Shown here: positions 30,388-40,953 of the stretch, piece after piece | How positions within the stretch are numbered: the first letter of the stretch is position 1 | Layout: each line of letters opens with the position of its first letter | Assembly: GCA_963785235.1 (NCBI GenBank) | Contig: CAWAUM010000005.1 | Coordinates: forward strand, 561,143 to 625,142 | DNA length: 64,000 bases | Direction: 5' to 3' | Source: an uncultured delta proteobacterium | GTDB taxonomy: Bacteria; Desulfobacterota; Desulfomonilia; UBA1062 | The notes under the pieces: generated by a model | Database searches by the model: none | Told to the model about the DNA's origin: nothing | What the model saw: only the letters and a program-made list of their open reading frames with translations | Made by a program: the position numbers and the translations under genes

Positions 30388-31224
30388 CTATTTTTTCTTT
30401 TTATATCGGGCTTCTATCTGAGCGGAATATTTTACACAGATCTCAGGTATCTGCTCAAATAAGATCTTATCCATTGCATCCATCACTGCTTCGGAAAATC
30501 CAACATTCATGAACTCAGGCGGAGCCCACCAGTCATCCTTGGTCTTGTACATGGGGTTGCCTCCGCCCGCGAAGCCTGCGAACATGGTGGGCACGCTGCG
30601 GACCATGTCTGCCTTGTCCATTTCATAGCTCATGACCTTCTTTGTCTCTTCCCGGCTGTAATAGACCATGTCTCTGGCAGGTCCCAGTGCCAGGCCGAGT
30701 TTTACATTCGAATTGGGCAGGTAGCCCAGTGCCCCGAGTGCGAAACCTACCGACCCCATGATTCGGTTGTCGACCTTGTACTGCCAGGCCGAAGCGCAGG
30801 CCCAGTCGCAGGCAATGGCACAATCGAGTAACTTCCAGTTGCAGCAGGGACCTCCCAATTGGCCTCCGCCTGAGGTCTCTTTGGCATAGGCATTGAATTC
30901 TTTGCAGGTATTGAATCCGCATGCACCGCAGTTCCATGCCAGGTCGGAACGGTCGAGCTTTCCGCCGATGGCAATGATGATCGGTGACTCCCCTTTCTTG
31001 AGGCAGTTATTTATGGTCTCGTAATCCCACTGCACATACCGCATGAGGCCTGCCACCGGGGCCATTACCTCCAGGATAGGCTTCAGGTCTTCTCCCCAGA
31101 TGATTTCGGCCTCGATCTCCGTCTTACCGGTAATTTGAGGGGCCTTGTGGATTGCCAAGACAATACTCTTGGCAACTTCTAGGATATGCTCCTGGAGGTA
31201 TTCTTTACCAATTAGATGTCCCAT
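30388..31224 (-). CDS. DUF2148-like Fe-S protein, paralog B
   Basis: KAP, CGACGFNTC, GPCC...LDCAIA, VDNRIMGSVG. Confidence 0.75.
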   Translation of the reverse strand: MGHLIGKEYLQEHILEVAKSIVLAIHKAPQITGKTEIEAEIIWGEDLKPILEVMAPVAGLMRYVQWDYETINNCLKKGESPIIIAIGGKLDRSDLAWNCGACGFNTCKEFNAYAKETSGGGQLGGPCCNWKLLDCAIACDWACASAWQYKVDNRIMGSVGFALGALGYLPNSNVKLGLALGPARDMVYYSREETKKVMSYEMDKADMVRSVPTMFAGFAGGGNPMYKTKDDWWAPPEFMNVGFSEAVMDAMDKILFEQIPEICVKYSAQIEARYKKKK

Positions 31225-32024
31225 TATTCGTCCTCCTTACCGGTCTTTTTTACCTTGGGGATCCATTTCCGGTAATCGAACCCGCGTATAATCCGAGCTG
31301 TCGAGTACATCTTACGTGCGCTATCCAGGACCTTATCCATATTGATCAGGTGATAGTCCACATTAACATCCACGTAGGGGTTCTTAGCTTTGGCTGCCAC
31401 CGGTATGCCAACGACCATGCCAGAATTGGGGCAGTAGCCCAATTTCTGACCAGCGATCCCAATGCTGGCAAAGGGCCTTGCATCAACCATCAAGGTGTTT
31501 GCCGTCCACAGTGCACTGCCCACTGCATAACCCATGTCATCGACACGAGCCGAACAGAGCGGCCCATTGATCATGCGGGGCGAAGAACGGTCCGTAATAT
31601 CAACCAGACCATACCTTTGTTTCTTCTTGTCATAGAAATACCCACAGTCCAGTGTCCCGCCGCATAAGCCGCAACCTGCATCCAATGGGGTTTCATGACA
31701 CCGGGTGTTACCGATGAGAATGATCACGTCTGAGTCCCTAACCATTACCGCCTCATAAAGGAAGGGCTCCTCCCAGTTTTTATTGGTGTGGGCGATCTCT
31801 TCCACCTTGCGTGCCAGTGCCTCCAGTTCAGCCTGTCCGTAAATCAGGTGGGTTTCGATCTGGGGCACACCACCGGCAAAAGGAGCAGTCATGGCGGAAT
31901 TGATCATCAACCGGGCGGCTTCAAGCACGCCTTTTTTTCTACGAATGTCCTGGGGCGACCAGAACGGCCAGTCGCTGATGAATTCTTCTCCCTCAAAATT
32001 GAGGTCTTCAACATATTTTTTCAT
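31224..32024 (-). CDS. DUF2148-like Fe-S protein, paralog A
   Basis: TAPFAGG, CGLCGGTLDC, GPLC...DMGYAVGSA, VDAR, GIPV...KNPYVD. Confidence 0.78.
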   Translation of the reverse strand: MKKYVEDLNFEGEEFISDWPFWSPQDIRRKKGVLEAARLMINSAMTAPFAGGVPQIETHLIYGQAELEALARKVEEIAHTNKNWEEPFLYEAVMVRDSDVIILIGNTRCHETPLDAGCGLCGGTLDCGYFYDKKKQRYGLVDITDRSSPRMINGPLCSARVDDMGYAVGSALWTANTLMVDARPFASIGIAGQKLGYCPNSGMVVGIPVAAKAKNPYVDVNVDYHLINMDKVLDSARKMYSTARIIRGFDYRKWIPKVKKTGKEDE

Positions 32025-32153
32025 CCCAATTCCCCTTTCACTAAGCTGCCTCTTTTCAGTTTGAAAACATCGGCAGCAATGTCTCTATTTGCAGAAGCCC
32101 CCCTTGTATAGGCGACTCTGCTCATAGTATCCTTATGGGTCTGCCCTGGAGAT

Positions 32154-32546
32154 TCACATGGGCAGCTTGTATTTTTTAGCAATATCAGGATATTTCTTAA
32201 AGACAGGGCTAAGGAAGGGAAGGATCTTCAGTACCTTGGGAATCGGGCCTTTGGATTTGATTTTCTTCGTAGCAAGGGCAACAGGGAGGCTGATCTGCTT
32301 AAGCCAATACTTATGGGCAGTATCTCCGGAAAGCTCCATGGAGATAATGCCGGCCTTGTCTGCATCTTTTCCGGTTATAACACCGTCGGGACCGACCCAA
32401 ATAAACCCTTCTGGCTCTTTCATGATGAACTTGATCGTTACTTCGTACTCCTTCAGTTTAGAGGCTAGCTCTGTTTCCTTGAGGGCATACTGAAAAACCT
32501 CCCCTAGGGCTTGGTACATTTCATCTGCATTCTTGAAAACCGACAT
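32154..32546 (-). CDS. SCP2 sterol/lipid-binding domain protein
   Basis: GDTAHKYW...SLPVALATKKIKSKGPIPKVLKILP. Confidence 0.8.
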   Translation of the reverse strand: MSVFKNADEMYQALGEVFQYALKETELASKLKEYEVTIKFIMKEPEGFIWVGPDGVITGKDADKAGIISMELSGDTAHKYWLKQISLPVALATKKIKSKGPIPKVLKILPFLSPVFKKYPDIAKKYKLPM

Positions 32547-32652
32547 GACATCCTCCTTTTTTGTAGTGGATTGTTATTTTAACGGAAACTTTGACATCCG
32601 CTTGAACCCCCACGTCATTTTTTTGCAAAGCAAATCTATCAAGTCAGCATAT

Positions 32653-32721
32653 CATCTTGTTGGAGGACATCTTGTTGGAGGACATCTTGTTGGGTTACAT
32701 CTTGTTGTAGAACATCTTGTT
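32653..32721. repeat. Tandem 15-bp repeat, 4.6 copies, invariant core CATCTTGTT
   Basis: Cores start at 32653, 32668, 32683, 32698, 32713. Confidence 0.95.
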
Positions 32722-32744
32722 ATATTATATATTTCGTTTTATAA

Positions 32745-32760
32745 AGCAATGAGTGTGCCA
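32745..32760 (-). promoter_or_regulatory. Sigma54 promoter of the 32546-23395 operon
   Basis: Minus strand TGGCAC-ACTCA-TTGCT, full -24/-12 consensus. Confidence 0.85.
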
Positions 32761-33015
32761 GATTTACAAGGATATTATTTAGTTAATGATTTCAAAGTTA
32801 TGAAAATAAAAGCGATCATTGTATACTCGTGCCGGTCACTTGAGATGCACATGATATTTGCAGGACTGCAAATGAAACAGGAAGAAAATCGACAAAGAAA
32901 CGCAATATCAGTCTATTGGATAATTCGCATCAGTGCGAATCATTGGCACGGATGCAAAACCATCATGTGAGAAGCTTGCTTTTCTTCTATAAAGAGTGGA
33001 TAGATCGAGGCCGGA

Positions 33016-33324
33016 GACCTCAACGAATTCCTCATCAAGAACCCTACCGCCACATTCTTCGTAAGGGTTGAGGGAACATCCATGATCGATGCTGGGATTC
33101 ACCCTGGAGATATACTGATCGTGGATAAATCTCTTGATCCGTTACCCAACAATATTGTGATTGCCGTGATTGGTGGAGAATTCTTGGTGAAGCGGCTGAT
33201 TACTGAATGTGGCGTGAAGTACCTAGTGCCGGATAATCCTGCATTTGAGAGGATTGAGTTGCGGGAAGGTGATCAGGTCTAAGTTTGGGGTGTGGTTGTG
33301 TGGGTGGTGCATAAGTTGAGATAG
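33016..33324 (+). pseudogene. umuD: umuD remnant: 5' truncated, internal TAA at 33280
   Basis: DLNEFLIKNPTATFFVRVEGTSMIDAGI..GD..IVD..GEFLVKRL..*VWGVV; no N-terminal cleavage region. Confidence 0.85.
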
Positions 33325-33363
33325 GATAGGGTTCTTGTTGTAAGAGAATGGCTTAAATACAAT

Positions 33364-33407
33364 TGCTCCTGGCAAGGATCGAACTTGCGACACCAGGATT
33401 AGGAATC
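33364..33407 (-). other. 3' half of tRNA-Arg(CCT), att-site remnant
   Basis: GATTCCTAATCCTGGTGTCGCAAGTTCGATCCTTGCCAGGAGCA: anticodon loop, T arm and acceptor 3' strand, no D arm. Confidence 0.82.
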
Positions 33408-33528
33408 TTCTCGATGTTTCTAGTAAGTCAGATTATTTAATAAGGAATGGGGGCTATGTGGGGGCAGTTTCGATAACCTCATCTTATTGGTAATAATAGA
33501 ATCATCATAGAATGGCTTAATTACTTGA

Positions 33529-33600
33529 AGCCAGCGCGGGGGGTCGAACCCCGGACCTGCTGATTACGAATCAGCTGCTCTACCACTGAGCTACGCTGGC
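33529..33600 (-). tRNA. tRNA-Thr(CGT), CCA not encoded
   Basis: GCCAGCG...AGTGGTAGAGC, CTGA-TT-CGT-AA-TCAG, GGTTCGACCCC, CGCTGGC. Confidence 0.95.
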
Positions 33601-33698
33601 ACAGGTGATGTTTTTTGCATACACATTGGGGAGTTGTCAATGATTTAGGAGCTGTCGGCTGTCAATTGTCGACAAAGAAACTGATAGCTGAAATCTCT

Positions 33699-34434
<736 letters not shown>

Positions 34435-34445
<11 letters not shown>

Positions 34446-35247
34446 TGATCTTTTCCTCCATGATGCTGATGAGCTTCGAGAAGAACAGGGTGATCATGAG
34501 GTATACAAGCGCCACCATGGTATAGGTCTCAAAATAGGCAAAACTCTGGGCCGCATACTCACGGCCCCTGCGCAGCAGGTCGGCTACGGCCAGGATGGAC
34601 ACGAGCGAGGAGTCTTTCAGCAGGGCTACGAATTCGTTGCCTACAGGAGGCAAGATGGTCTTGACCGCCTGCGGCAGGATGACATGGTACATGGACTGCG
34701 CAGGTGTCATACCCAGAGAGCGCGCTGCCTCGGTCTGCCCCTTGGGGATGGACTGGATGCCTGCCCGGAAGATCTCGCCCATGTAAGCCCCGTAACAGAT
34801 GGACATGGCCAGCACGGCACTCGGCAAAGGCGGCATCTGGATGATGCGGCCCAACGCAAAGTAGATATAAAAAAGCTGTACCAGCAGCGGGATGCCCCTG
34901 ATCACCTCAACATACAGCGAAGCGATGCCGTTGATTATCGGGTTTTTGGAGATCCTGCCGAGTCCGGTGAACAAACCGATCACGAGCGCAAGGAGTATGG
35001 ACATCACTGTCACCTCGAAGGTGATCAGGATACCGTCCGGCACGAACTGGATGATCTCGAGGTATGCCCCCCTTTTTACGAAAACAAGGAAGGCAATGAT
35101 AGCAATGGAACCGAAGAAGGCAACCCGCCACGCGGTGAAGAGGCCGACATCCTCTTTTGAGGGGATGGCGGCCCCGTCTCCAACGTCTATTAATACCTTC
35201 TTGGGTACTTCTATCTTTTTCTTCTTTTTGAAGCCTATCTCAGCCAC
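34435..35247 (-). CDS. Polar amino-acid ABC transporter permease
   Basis: [38 protein letters not shown]. Confidence 0.95.
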
Positions 35248-35999
35248 TTCTTTTCAATCTCTTTGTCTAAGCCTTTTTTCTGTACTGCCTTGATGCCTTT
35301 GTTGAGAAGGTCGAGCAACTGCTTGTCGCCCTTTTTAACAACGATCCCGTACTGTTCCTTGGTGAAAGGCTCGCCAACGATCATGAACTTGGCCTTGTAC
35401 TCTGCCCTCTGCAATGCATAGTCAGCTGCAACAGGCGTGTCGCACACTACGCCTTCGATCCTGCCCGCAGCCATATCTTCAAAGGCCAGGCCGATCTCGT
35501 CATAGCTCTTGAGCTCAACGGCTTTGTCTTTCTGCACTTCCATGGCTCCGGTGGTGCCTATCTGTGCCCCTATCTTTTTGCCTTTCAGGTCAGCGACCTT
35601 CTTAACGCCCTTTGTGGTCTTGGGGACTACAAGCACCTGACCTGCATTGATGTAAGGCAAAGAAAAGTCGTACTTCTTCTTGCGCTCATCCGTAATGGTG
35701 ACCGAGGAGATGATGGCGTTATACTTGCCAAGTTCAAGTCCGCCAAATATGCCGTCCCAGGCGGTATTCTTGAACTCCACCTTGAATCCTGCCTCTTTGG
35801 CTACGGCATTCATGAAGTCTATGTCAAACCCGACGATATTTTTATTCGCATCGAGTATCTCCATAGGAGGCCAGGTGGCATCTGTTGCCACAACAATAGT
35901 TTTCACCGGGGCCGCTGACCAGAGAACAGATGGTGCAACTGCCACAACTAACAACCCGAGAACAAAACACACTGCGACGGTAAGACTGAGGCGCCTCAT
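35235..35999 (-). CDS. Polar amino-acid ABC transporter substrate-binding protein
   Basis: Signal peptide, DATWPPME, GFDID, ITDERKK, GAQIGTTG. Confidence 0.95.
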   Translation of the reverse strand: MRRLSLTVAVCFVLGLLVVAVAPSVLWSAAPVKTIVVATDATWPPMEILDANKNIVGFDIDFMNAVAKEAGFKVEFKNTAWDGIFGGLELGKYNAIISSVTITDERKKKYDFSLPYINAGQVLVVPKTTKGVKKVADLKGKKIGAQIGTTGAMEVQKDKAVELKSYDEIGLAFEDMAAGRIEGVVCDTPVAADYALQRAEYKAKFMIVGEPFTKEQYGIVVKKGDKQLLDLLNKGIKAVQKKGLDKEIEKKWLR

Positions 36000-36202
36000 A
36001 GTTTTTCCCCCTCACATAATTTTTGGTTCGCTTGCAGTAGCTAGAAAATTACTATTCTTAGTGAGTACCATAAAATAAAGATAACGTCCATAGCCTTACA
36101 AAAGACTTTCCATGCATTTGACTTGACATCTTAACTCTGAGGTCATATTCTTCCAGCATTAAATGTATTTATGTATCCCTTTCAAGGAGTTAGTTGGGAA
36201 AC

Positions 36203-36877
36203 ATGGCAAAAACATCAGATAAAAGAAGAGAAGCGACAAAGGAAAAGATCATTGAGGCTGCCTGTGAGCTTTTCAGCAAATACGGATATCATAACACCCA
36301 GGTCATGGACATCGTCAAGGCTGTGGGCATGTCTGCCGGCACCTTTTATAACCACTTCAAAGACAAGCGTGATCTATTCGAGCATATCACCATAGAAAGC
36401 CTGGAGACCTTGCGTGTTACGGTCAAGAACCTCCGTGACCCCGTAGACATCTGGAACCCCGAGGCAAGGGCCATTATCCTCCAAGCGACATTCAACGCTG
36501 TTTTTGACTATGTTGACAGCAATCCCCAGCAGATACTCATGCTCCTGCGCGTCAGCTTCGGCGTGGATGAGGAGCTGGACAGCAGTGTATGGGATTACTT
36601 CCGGGGCTTTGCCCAGGACGCAGGTGAAGATATCCAGCGCTGGAGTGATGAGGGGGTCATCGAGGGAATAGACCCCATGCTCTTCGGAACTGCTGCCAGT
36701 GGTATGACCCTTCAATTGGTCCATGCGTATCTTGTTGAGAAGAGGCTCACGCGCGAGCAGATCATTCCAAACCTTATCAAGATGATCCTGGCCATGTTTG
36801 AGGCTTATCTGACCGAAGATGGAAGGAAGGCCCTGGAAATCACACGGCAGCAGAACGCCAATGCCTCTTTAGCTTAA
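36203..36877 (+). CDS. TetR-family regulator 1
   Basis: IIEAACELF...GMSAGTFYNHFKDK HTH. Confidence 0.93.
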   Translation: MAKTSDKRREATKEKIIEAACELFSKYGYHNTQVMDIVKAVGMSAGTFYNHFKDKRDLFEHITIESLETLRVTVKNLRDPVDIWNPEARAIILQATFNAVFDYVDSNPQQILMLLRVSFGVDEELDSSVWDYFRGFAQDAGEDIQRWSDEGVIEGIDPMLFGTAASGMTLQLVHAYLVEKRLTREQIIPNLIKMILAMFEAYLTEDGRKALEITRQQNANASLA

Positions 36878-36962
36878 GTGTAATCTTATTGAAATTTCTA
36901 TTTTGAATAGATCCAACACCTGGAAACACAATCTTCGTAAAATAATTTATTTTTTACTTCCC

Positions 36963-36990
36963 TTGACAAACGAGTAATGATAATTACTAT
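36963..36990 (+). promoter_or_regulatory. Sigma70 promoter with overlapping palindromic operator
   Basis: TTGACA (36963), 16-bp spacer, TACTAT (36985); AGTAAT-GATA-ATTACT at 36973-36988. Confidence 0.65.
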
Positions 36991-37204
36991 TCAGGATAGT
37001 GAATCTTCATTACCGGTGGTCACCTTTTCCAACTTCTCCACCGAGTAAAAGGTAAGTCACTGTTTATTTGATTGATCTTAAAGAGGCACCTGGTTGCCTC
37101 AGGGAGGGTTTTGTGCGGGGACATAGCCGTTCTGCCATTTTTTTCCGTGAGCAAACCACCCAAGCAAATACTACCTTATCGCAGCATCACTACGTGGAGG
37201 AACT

Positions 37205-38446
37205 ATGAGCAGGAGTGTGGATGACCTTTTTGTGTATCCGGGGCAGGCAATTGATGAAGAAAGCGCCAGCGTAATCCGCCTTGTCAGGCAGTGGGCTGAC
37301 AAAGAGATCATCTCCAAGCGGATGGAATACCGGGAGAACTACGACAAGCTCTTCGAAGAAAAAAGAAAGAAGCTTAACCTTGACATTGGCCTCCAGAAAC
37401 TTGTTATACCTGCGGATCTCGGTGGTTTTGGGTGGAACAGCCTTTCCAATGTACCGGGGATGCTCTCCATCCTTACCGAGATCGGCAGGGCCGATGCTGC
37501 ACTCGGTGTGCTCTCTGCAGCAACATACACTGCACTTGCCATGATCGGCATGGAACACCGCCCTAACAAGAAGCTTGCCTCTGCAATTGCCCTTACTTAT
37601 TCCGGCAGTACTATCAGAACCCCCTGCCCTATTCTTCCCGGGCCCGGTATTGCAGGTACCACGCATCCATTATTCAAAGGCAGGGCAATCCTTGCCGAGG
37701 CAAAGGAAGCAAAGGATGGATATATCATCAGTGGCACCAGCCTCAGGCCTCTGTTTGCCGGCGCCATGGCCGATCTCTACTGTGTCGTGTGTGACGGAAA
37801 AAAGGGCAAGCCCTGCATCGCCTTTGTCCCGGCGGATGCACCAGGGGTAACACGGAACTCACCGCTTCTGACAACCGGTCTGAATGCCTGCATAAACACA
37901 GATGTTACCTTCCATGAAGTTAAAGTCCCCAGGGATAACGTCATGGAAGAAGACGGCCTTGTAGAGGAGTTCTATATCTGGCTCAACCTGTTCCTGGGCG
38001 GTGTAAGCGTTGGTGCTGCTCTTAACTTCTTCGAGCTGATCTGTGACTGGGGAGATACACGGGTAATCAAGGGCGGCACCTCCCTGAAGGAAAATCCCCT
38101 GTGCGCATCAGTACTGGCAGATGTTGCTGAGGAGATTGCAGTGGCTAAGCTGCTGCTCTTCGACCTTGCGCGGATCATTTCCAGGCCGGAAGATATGTCA
38201 GCCGGCAGCATAACAAGGACCTTCACCTTTGCCGAGATGATTGGAAGCCGGGCTCAACAGGGCATTCTTCGTGCCATGAACCGCGGCCTGGAGCTCATGG
38301 GTTCGGCCGGCTACTCCAAGGAGTGGCACGTGGAAAAACACTGGAGGGACGTGAAGACCATACAGTCCGTACTCTGCGGCGTCGGAGCCGAGGCCCCGGT
38401 GAAGATGGACACTGCCCGATTCTTTTACAACTGCTCTGAGATCTAG
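37205..38446 (+). CDS. Acyl-CoA dehydrogenase-like protein (divergent subunit)
   Basis: EIGRAD, ELMGSAGYSKEWHVEKHWRDVK; lacks the TEP motif. Confidence 0.85.
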   Translation: MSRSVDDLFVYPGQAIDEESASVIRLVRQWADKEIISKRMEYRENYDKLFEEKRKKLNLDIGLQKLVIPADLGGFGWNSLSNVPGMLSILTEIGRADAALGVLSAATYTALAMIGMEHRPNKKLASAIALTYSGSTIRTPCPILPGPGIAGTTHPLFKGRAILAEAKEAKDGYIISGTSLRPLFAGAMADLYCVVCDGKKGKPCIAFVPADAPGVTRNSPLLTTGLNACINTDVTFHEVKVPRDNVMEEDGLVEEFYIWLNLFLGGVSVGAALNFFELICDWGDTRVIKGGTSLKENPLCASVLADVAEEIAVAKLLLFDLARIISRPEDMSAGSITRTFTFAEMIGSRAQQGILRAMNRGLELMGSAGYSKEWHVEKHWRDVKTIQSVLCGVGAEAPVKMDTARFFYNCSEI

Positions 38447-38456
38447 GGAGGAAATC

Positions 38457-39733
38457 ATGAACCATTTTGATGAATTTTCACGCCCCGAGGAATACATATC
38501 CCCCTTTGACAAGCACTTCAGACGGGTCATCAGAAAAACCCTCGATGAATGCGTCATGCCCCATCGCCGCAAGTTCGACGAGGACTGGAAAGACCACCAC
38601 CTCATCGAACCGGCATTTGATAAGTTGATGGGCGAGATCGGCCTGCAGAAGGGCCTCTTTCCCCTGGAATACGGCGGGTGGGGATTGGCCAAGTCCGATT
38701 ATATCTTCAGGTTTGGATATCATGGCCTGCGAAGAACTGGGCAGGGCCGATACCGGCATGGCAGTAGCCCTTGGGGTAACCTTCTGGCCGCTGCTCGTCA
38801 TCATCGGTTGAACCCTATGTGAACGAGCGTCTCCTTGCCGAATTCGCGCCCATGTTCTGCAACACCAGAAAGGCGGTCTTTGCAGCCAATGCCATGACAG
38901 AACCCCAGGGCGGGGCTGATATTGAAAACCTTGGCCTGCTGGGGGGCAGGACCATCCGCACCACGGCCCGGCTTGAAGGTGATGAGTGGGTGATCAACGG
39001 CCACAAGCTCTGGCCCACCAACTCGGGCGGAGTGTCCAAGCTCTTCGGCGTTCCATGTACAACCAAGCTTGGCTCCAGCGACCCTAAGGATTTTGCCTTT
39101 ATCTTTGTGCCTGCCGACCTGCCGGGTGTTACCCAGGGCGGGCCCTATGAAAAGGCGGGCATGGCTGCGGACAAGAACGGCGACATCTGGTTCGAGGATG
39201 TACGGGTCCCCAGCTGGTACCGAGCCCACGGACCGGGAAAGGATGCCGAGGCCTTCTACCAGCTCATTTCCTTCGGACAGGTCATGAGCATGGCCTTCCT
39301 CACCGGCGCCATGCTGAACCTGTATGAGCGGCTCTATGAATTTGTGTCCACGCGCACCTACAATAACCGTCCGCTCAAGGAAAACGACGCCATCGCCGCC
39401 ATTATCGGCCGCATTGCAGGCGATATCGATATCTGCAGGATCCTGGGATATGAGGCGGCCATGATCGGAGACCGCAGGAACAAGCCATATGGCAGACCCC
39501 TTGTCTCGGAAGACCTGGTGGGAAGAATCCGTAACATGAAAGACTTCGTGTCCGACCGTGCAGTGGATTGCTTCGGCAAGGCCATGGATGTGCTGGGCCT
39601 TTATGGGGCTGACCGCGATTGGGACATTGAAAAGCACTGGCGGGATATCAAGATTATACAACTATGGATGGGCGGCAAGCAGCTCTGCCAGATGGAGTCT
39701 GCCCGTTATTTCTTCAACTGCAAAACGTTGTAA
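38457..39733 (+). CDS. Acyl-CoA dehydrogenase with two apparent frameshifts (~38710, ~38805)
   Basis: EELGRADTG lies in an intermediate frame; AMTEPQGGAD, INGHKLW, EKHWRDIK in the last frame. Confidence 0.85.
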
Positions 39734-39743
39734 GGGAGCGGTC

Positions 39744-40175
39744 ATGGAAGAAAGATCGAACATGGGTTATATCGAAACCAGGAGCCGTATCTTAGATGAG
39801 CTGCTTGAAAAGACGGCCTTCAAGGATAGCCTGCGCCTCTTTCTGAAAAACATCGACCCGAACAGCTGCGTTGAACTCGTACGCACATTGCTTGGCAAGG
39901 ATATCGAGGTCCCACTGGCCTTGACAGGGGCCCTGCCTGTTATTGCAAACTGCTTCATCAGGGCAGGTCATGAGCTCATCGTCCAGGTCCGGGATAAATT
40001 CTCGCCTGAGCTGCTTGCCAGCTTAGTAGAATCACTCCTGGACGAGATCGACAAGGATACACTGGCACAGCTGATCGCAGAAAGCAGGGCACTGGGCAAT
40101 GATCTGGCCCCGGTCTTCCTTGCAGCATGGAAGGTGGTCGAACACAAGACAGCCCAGTCCCGGGAGGACGTATAA
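39744..40175 (+). CDS. Helical hypothetical protein
   Basis: RBS, translationally coupled; similar to the next gene (F.D.LR..L...DP......RTL.G.D.EV). Confidence 0.75.
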   Translation: MEERSNMGYIETRSRILDELLEKTAFKDSLRLFLKNIDPNSCVELVRTLLGKDIEVPLALTGALPVIANCFIRAGHELIVQVRDKFSPELLASLVESLLDEIDKDTLAQLIAESRALGNDLAPVFLAAWKVVEHKTAQSREDV

Positions 40176-40825
40176 TGCAGAGCGAACCTTTTATCCAGCA
40201 CAACTCCGGCATCATAAAAGCCCTCATGCGTTCACCACTGTTCAAGGACATCCTCAGGACAAACCTGAACGAGATGGACCCGAAATCAGGCGGCTCTGCA
40301 ATCAGGACTCTCATGGGCGAAGACCCGGAGGTATTCTTCGGCCTCGTCAGCTCGCTGCCGACGTTTATAAACAACCTCATGAAGGCCTCTACCGAACTCG
40401 CCATCCAGCTTAAAGACAAGTATCCACCCGAGATGCTCAAATCATTCCTCATGAGCCTGGCCGAGGATATCGACAAGGATGCAGCCAGACAATGCGGCAA
40501 GGCATGGACGGAGCTTCTCTCTTCCCTGTGGGGTGCATCACCTGAGATCAGGCAGGCTGCAACAGGTTTCATCCTCTCTTCGGGCCCCAAGATAAAGGCA
40601 GGGGCCATCAACGGCCTTGCACGGTTCGTCAACACAGTAACCCGTAGCAATCCGCAGACCTTCAGCACCTTCATCGCTTCAGTGCTCAGGAACATCGATG
40701 GCCCGGAGGTCAGCAAGGCAACCCTTACCCTGACCGGGGCATTCCTTGACCAGAAGTGGCATCTCGCCTCGTGGGTATGGCAGCTCGTAAAAGGCAGGGT
40801 TCGCAAAAGATTGAACAAGCTGTAG
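40175..40825 (+). CDS. Helical hypothetical protein, paralog of the previous gene
   Basis: TAATG overlap; shared K..PE.L.S...SL...IDKD motif. Confidence 0.75.
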   Translation: MQSEPFIQHNSGIIKALMRSPLFKDILRTNLNEMDPKSGGSAIRTLMGEDPEVFFGLVSSLPTFINNLMKASTELAIQLKDKYPPEMLKSFLMSLAEDIDKDAARQCGKAWTELLSSLWGASPEIRQAATGFILSSGPKIKAGAINGLARFVNTVTRSNPQTFSTFIASVLRNIDGPEVSKATLTLTGAFLDQKWHLASWVWQLVKGRVRKRLNKL

Positions 40826-40910
40826 GAGTGGCTTTAGCCGCGATGGAGAAAATCACAGAGACGGCTTAAAGCTGCCGCCTTTACCGATCGCGCCTGAAGG
40901 CGCTCCTACA
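40821..40910. repeat. GTAG-family REP doublet (REPIN-like)
   Basis: TGTAGGAGTGGCTTTAGCCGCGAT and inverted ATCGCGCCTGAAGGCGCTCCTACA, 20/24 match. Confidence 0.8.
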
Positions 40911-40953
40911 CAATAAAGAGTGATCGGCGCAGCAAAAAGTGATCGGCGAGGAA

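Noticed and set aside
32653-32721. Possible CRISPR array
   Set aside because: Period is only 15 bp with 6-bp spacers and there are no cas genes
32533-32970. 145-aa ORF with HLVGG repeats
   Set aside because: Translation of the DNA tandem repeat across a promoter region, antisense to the operon leader
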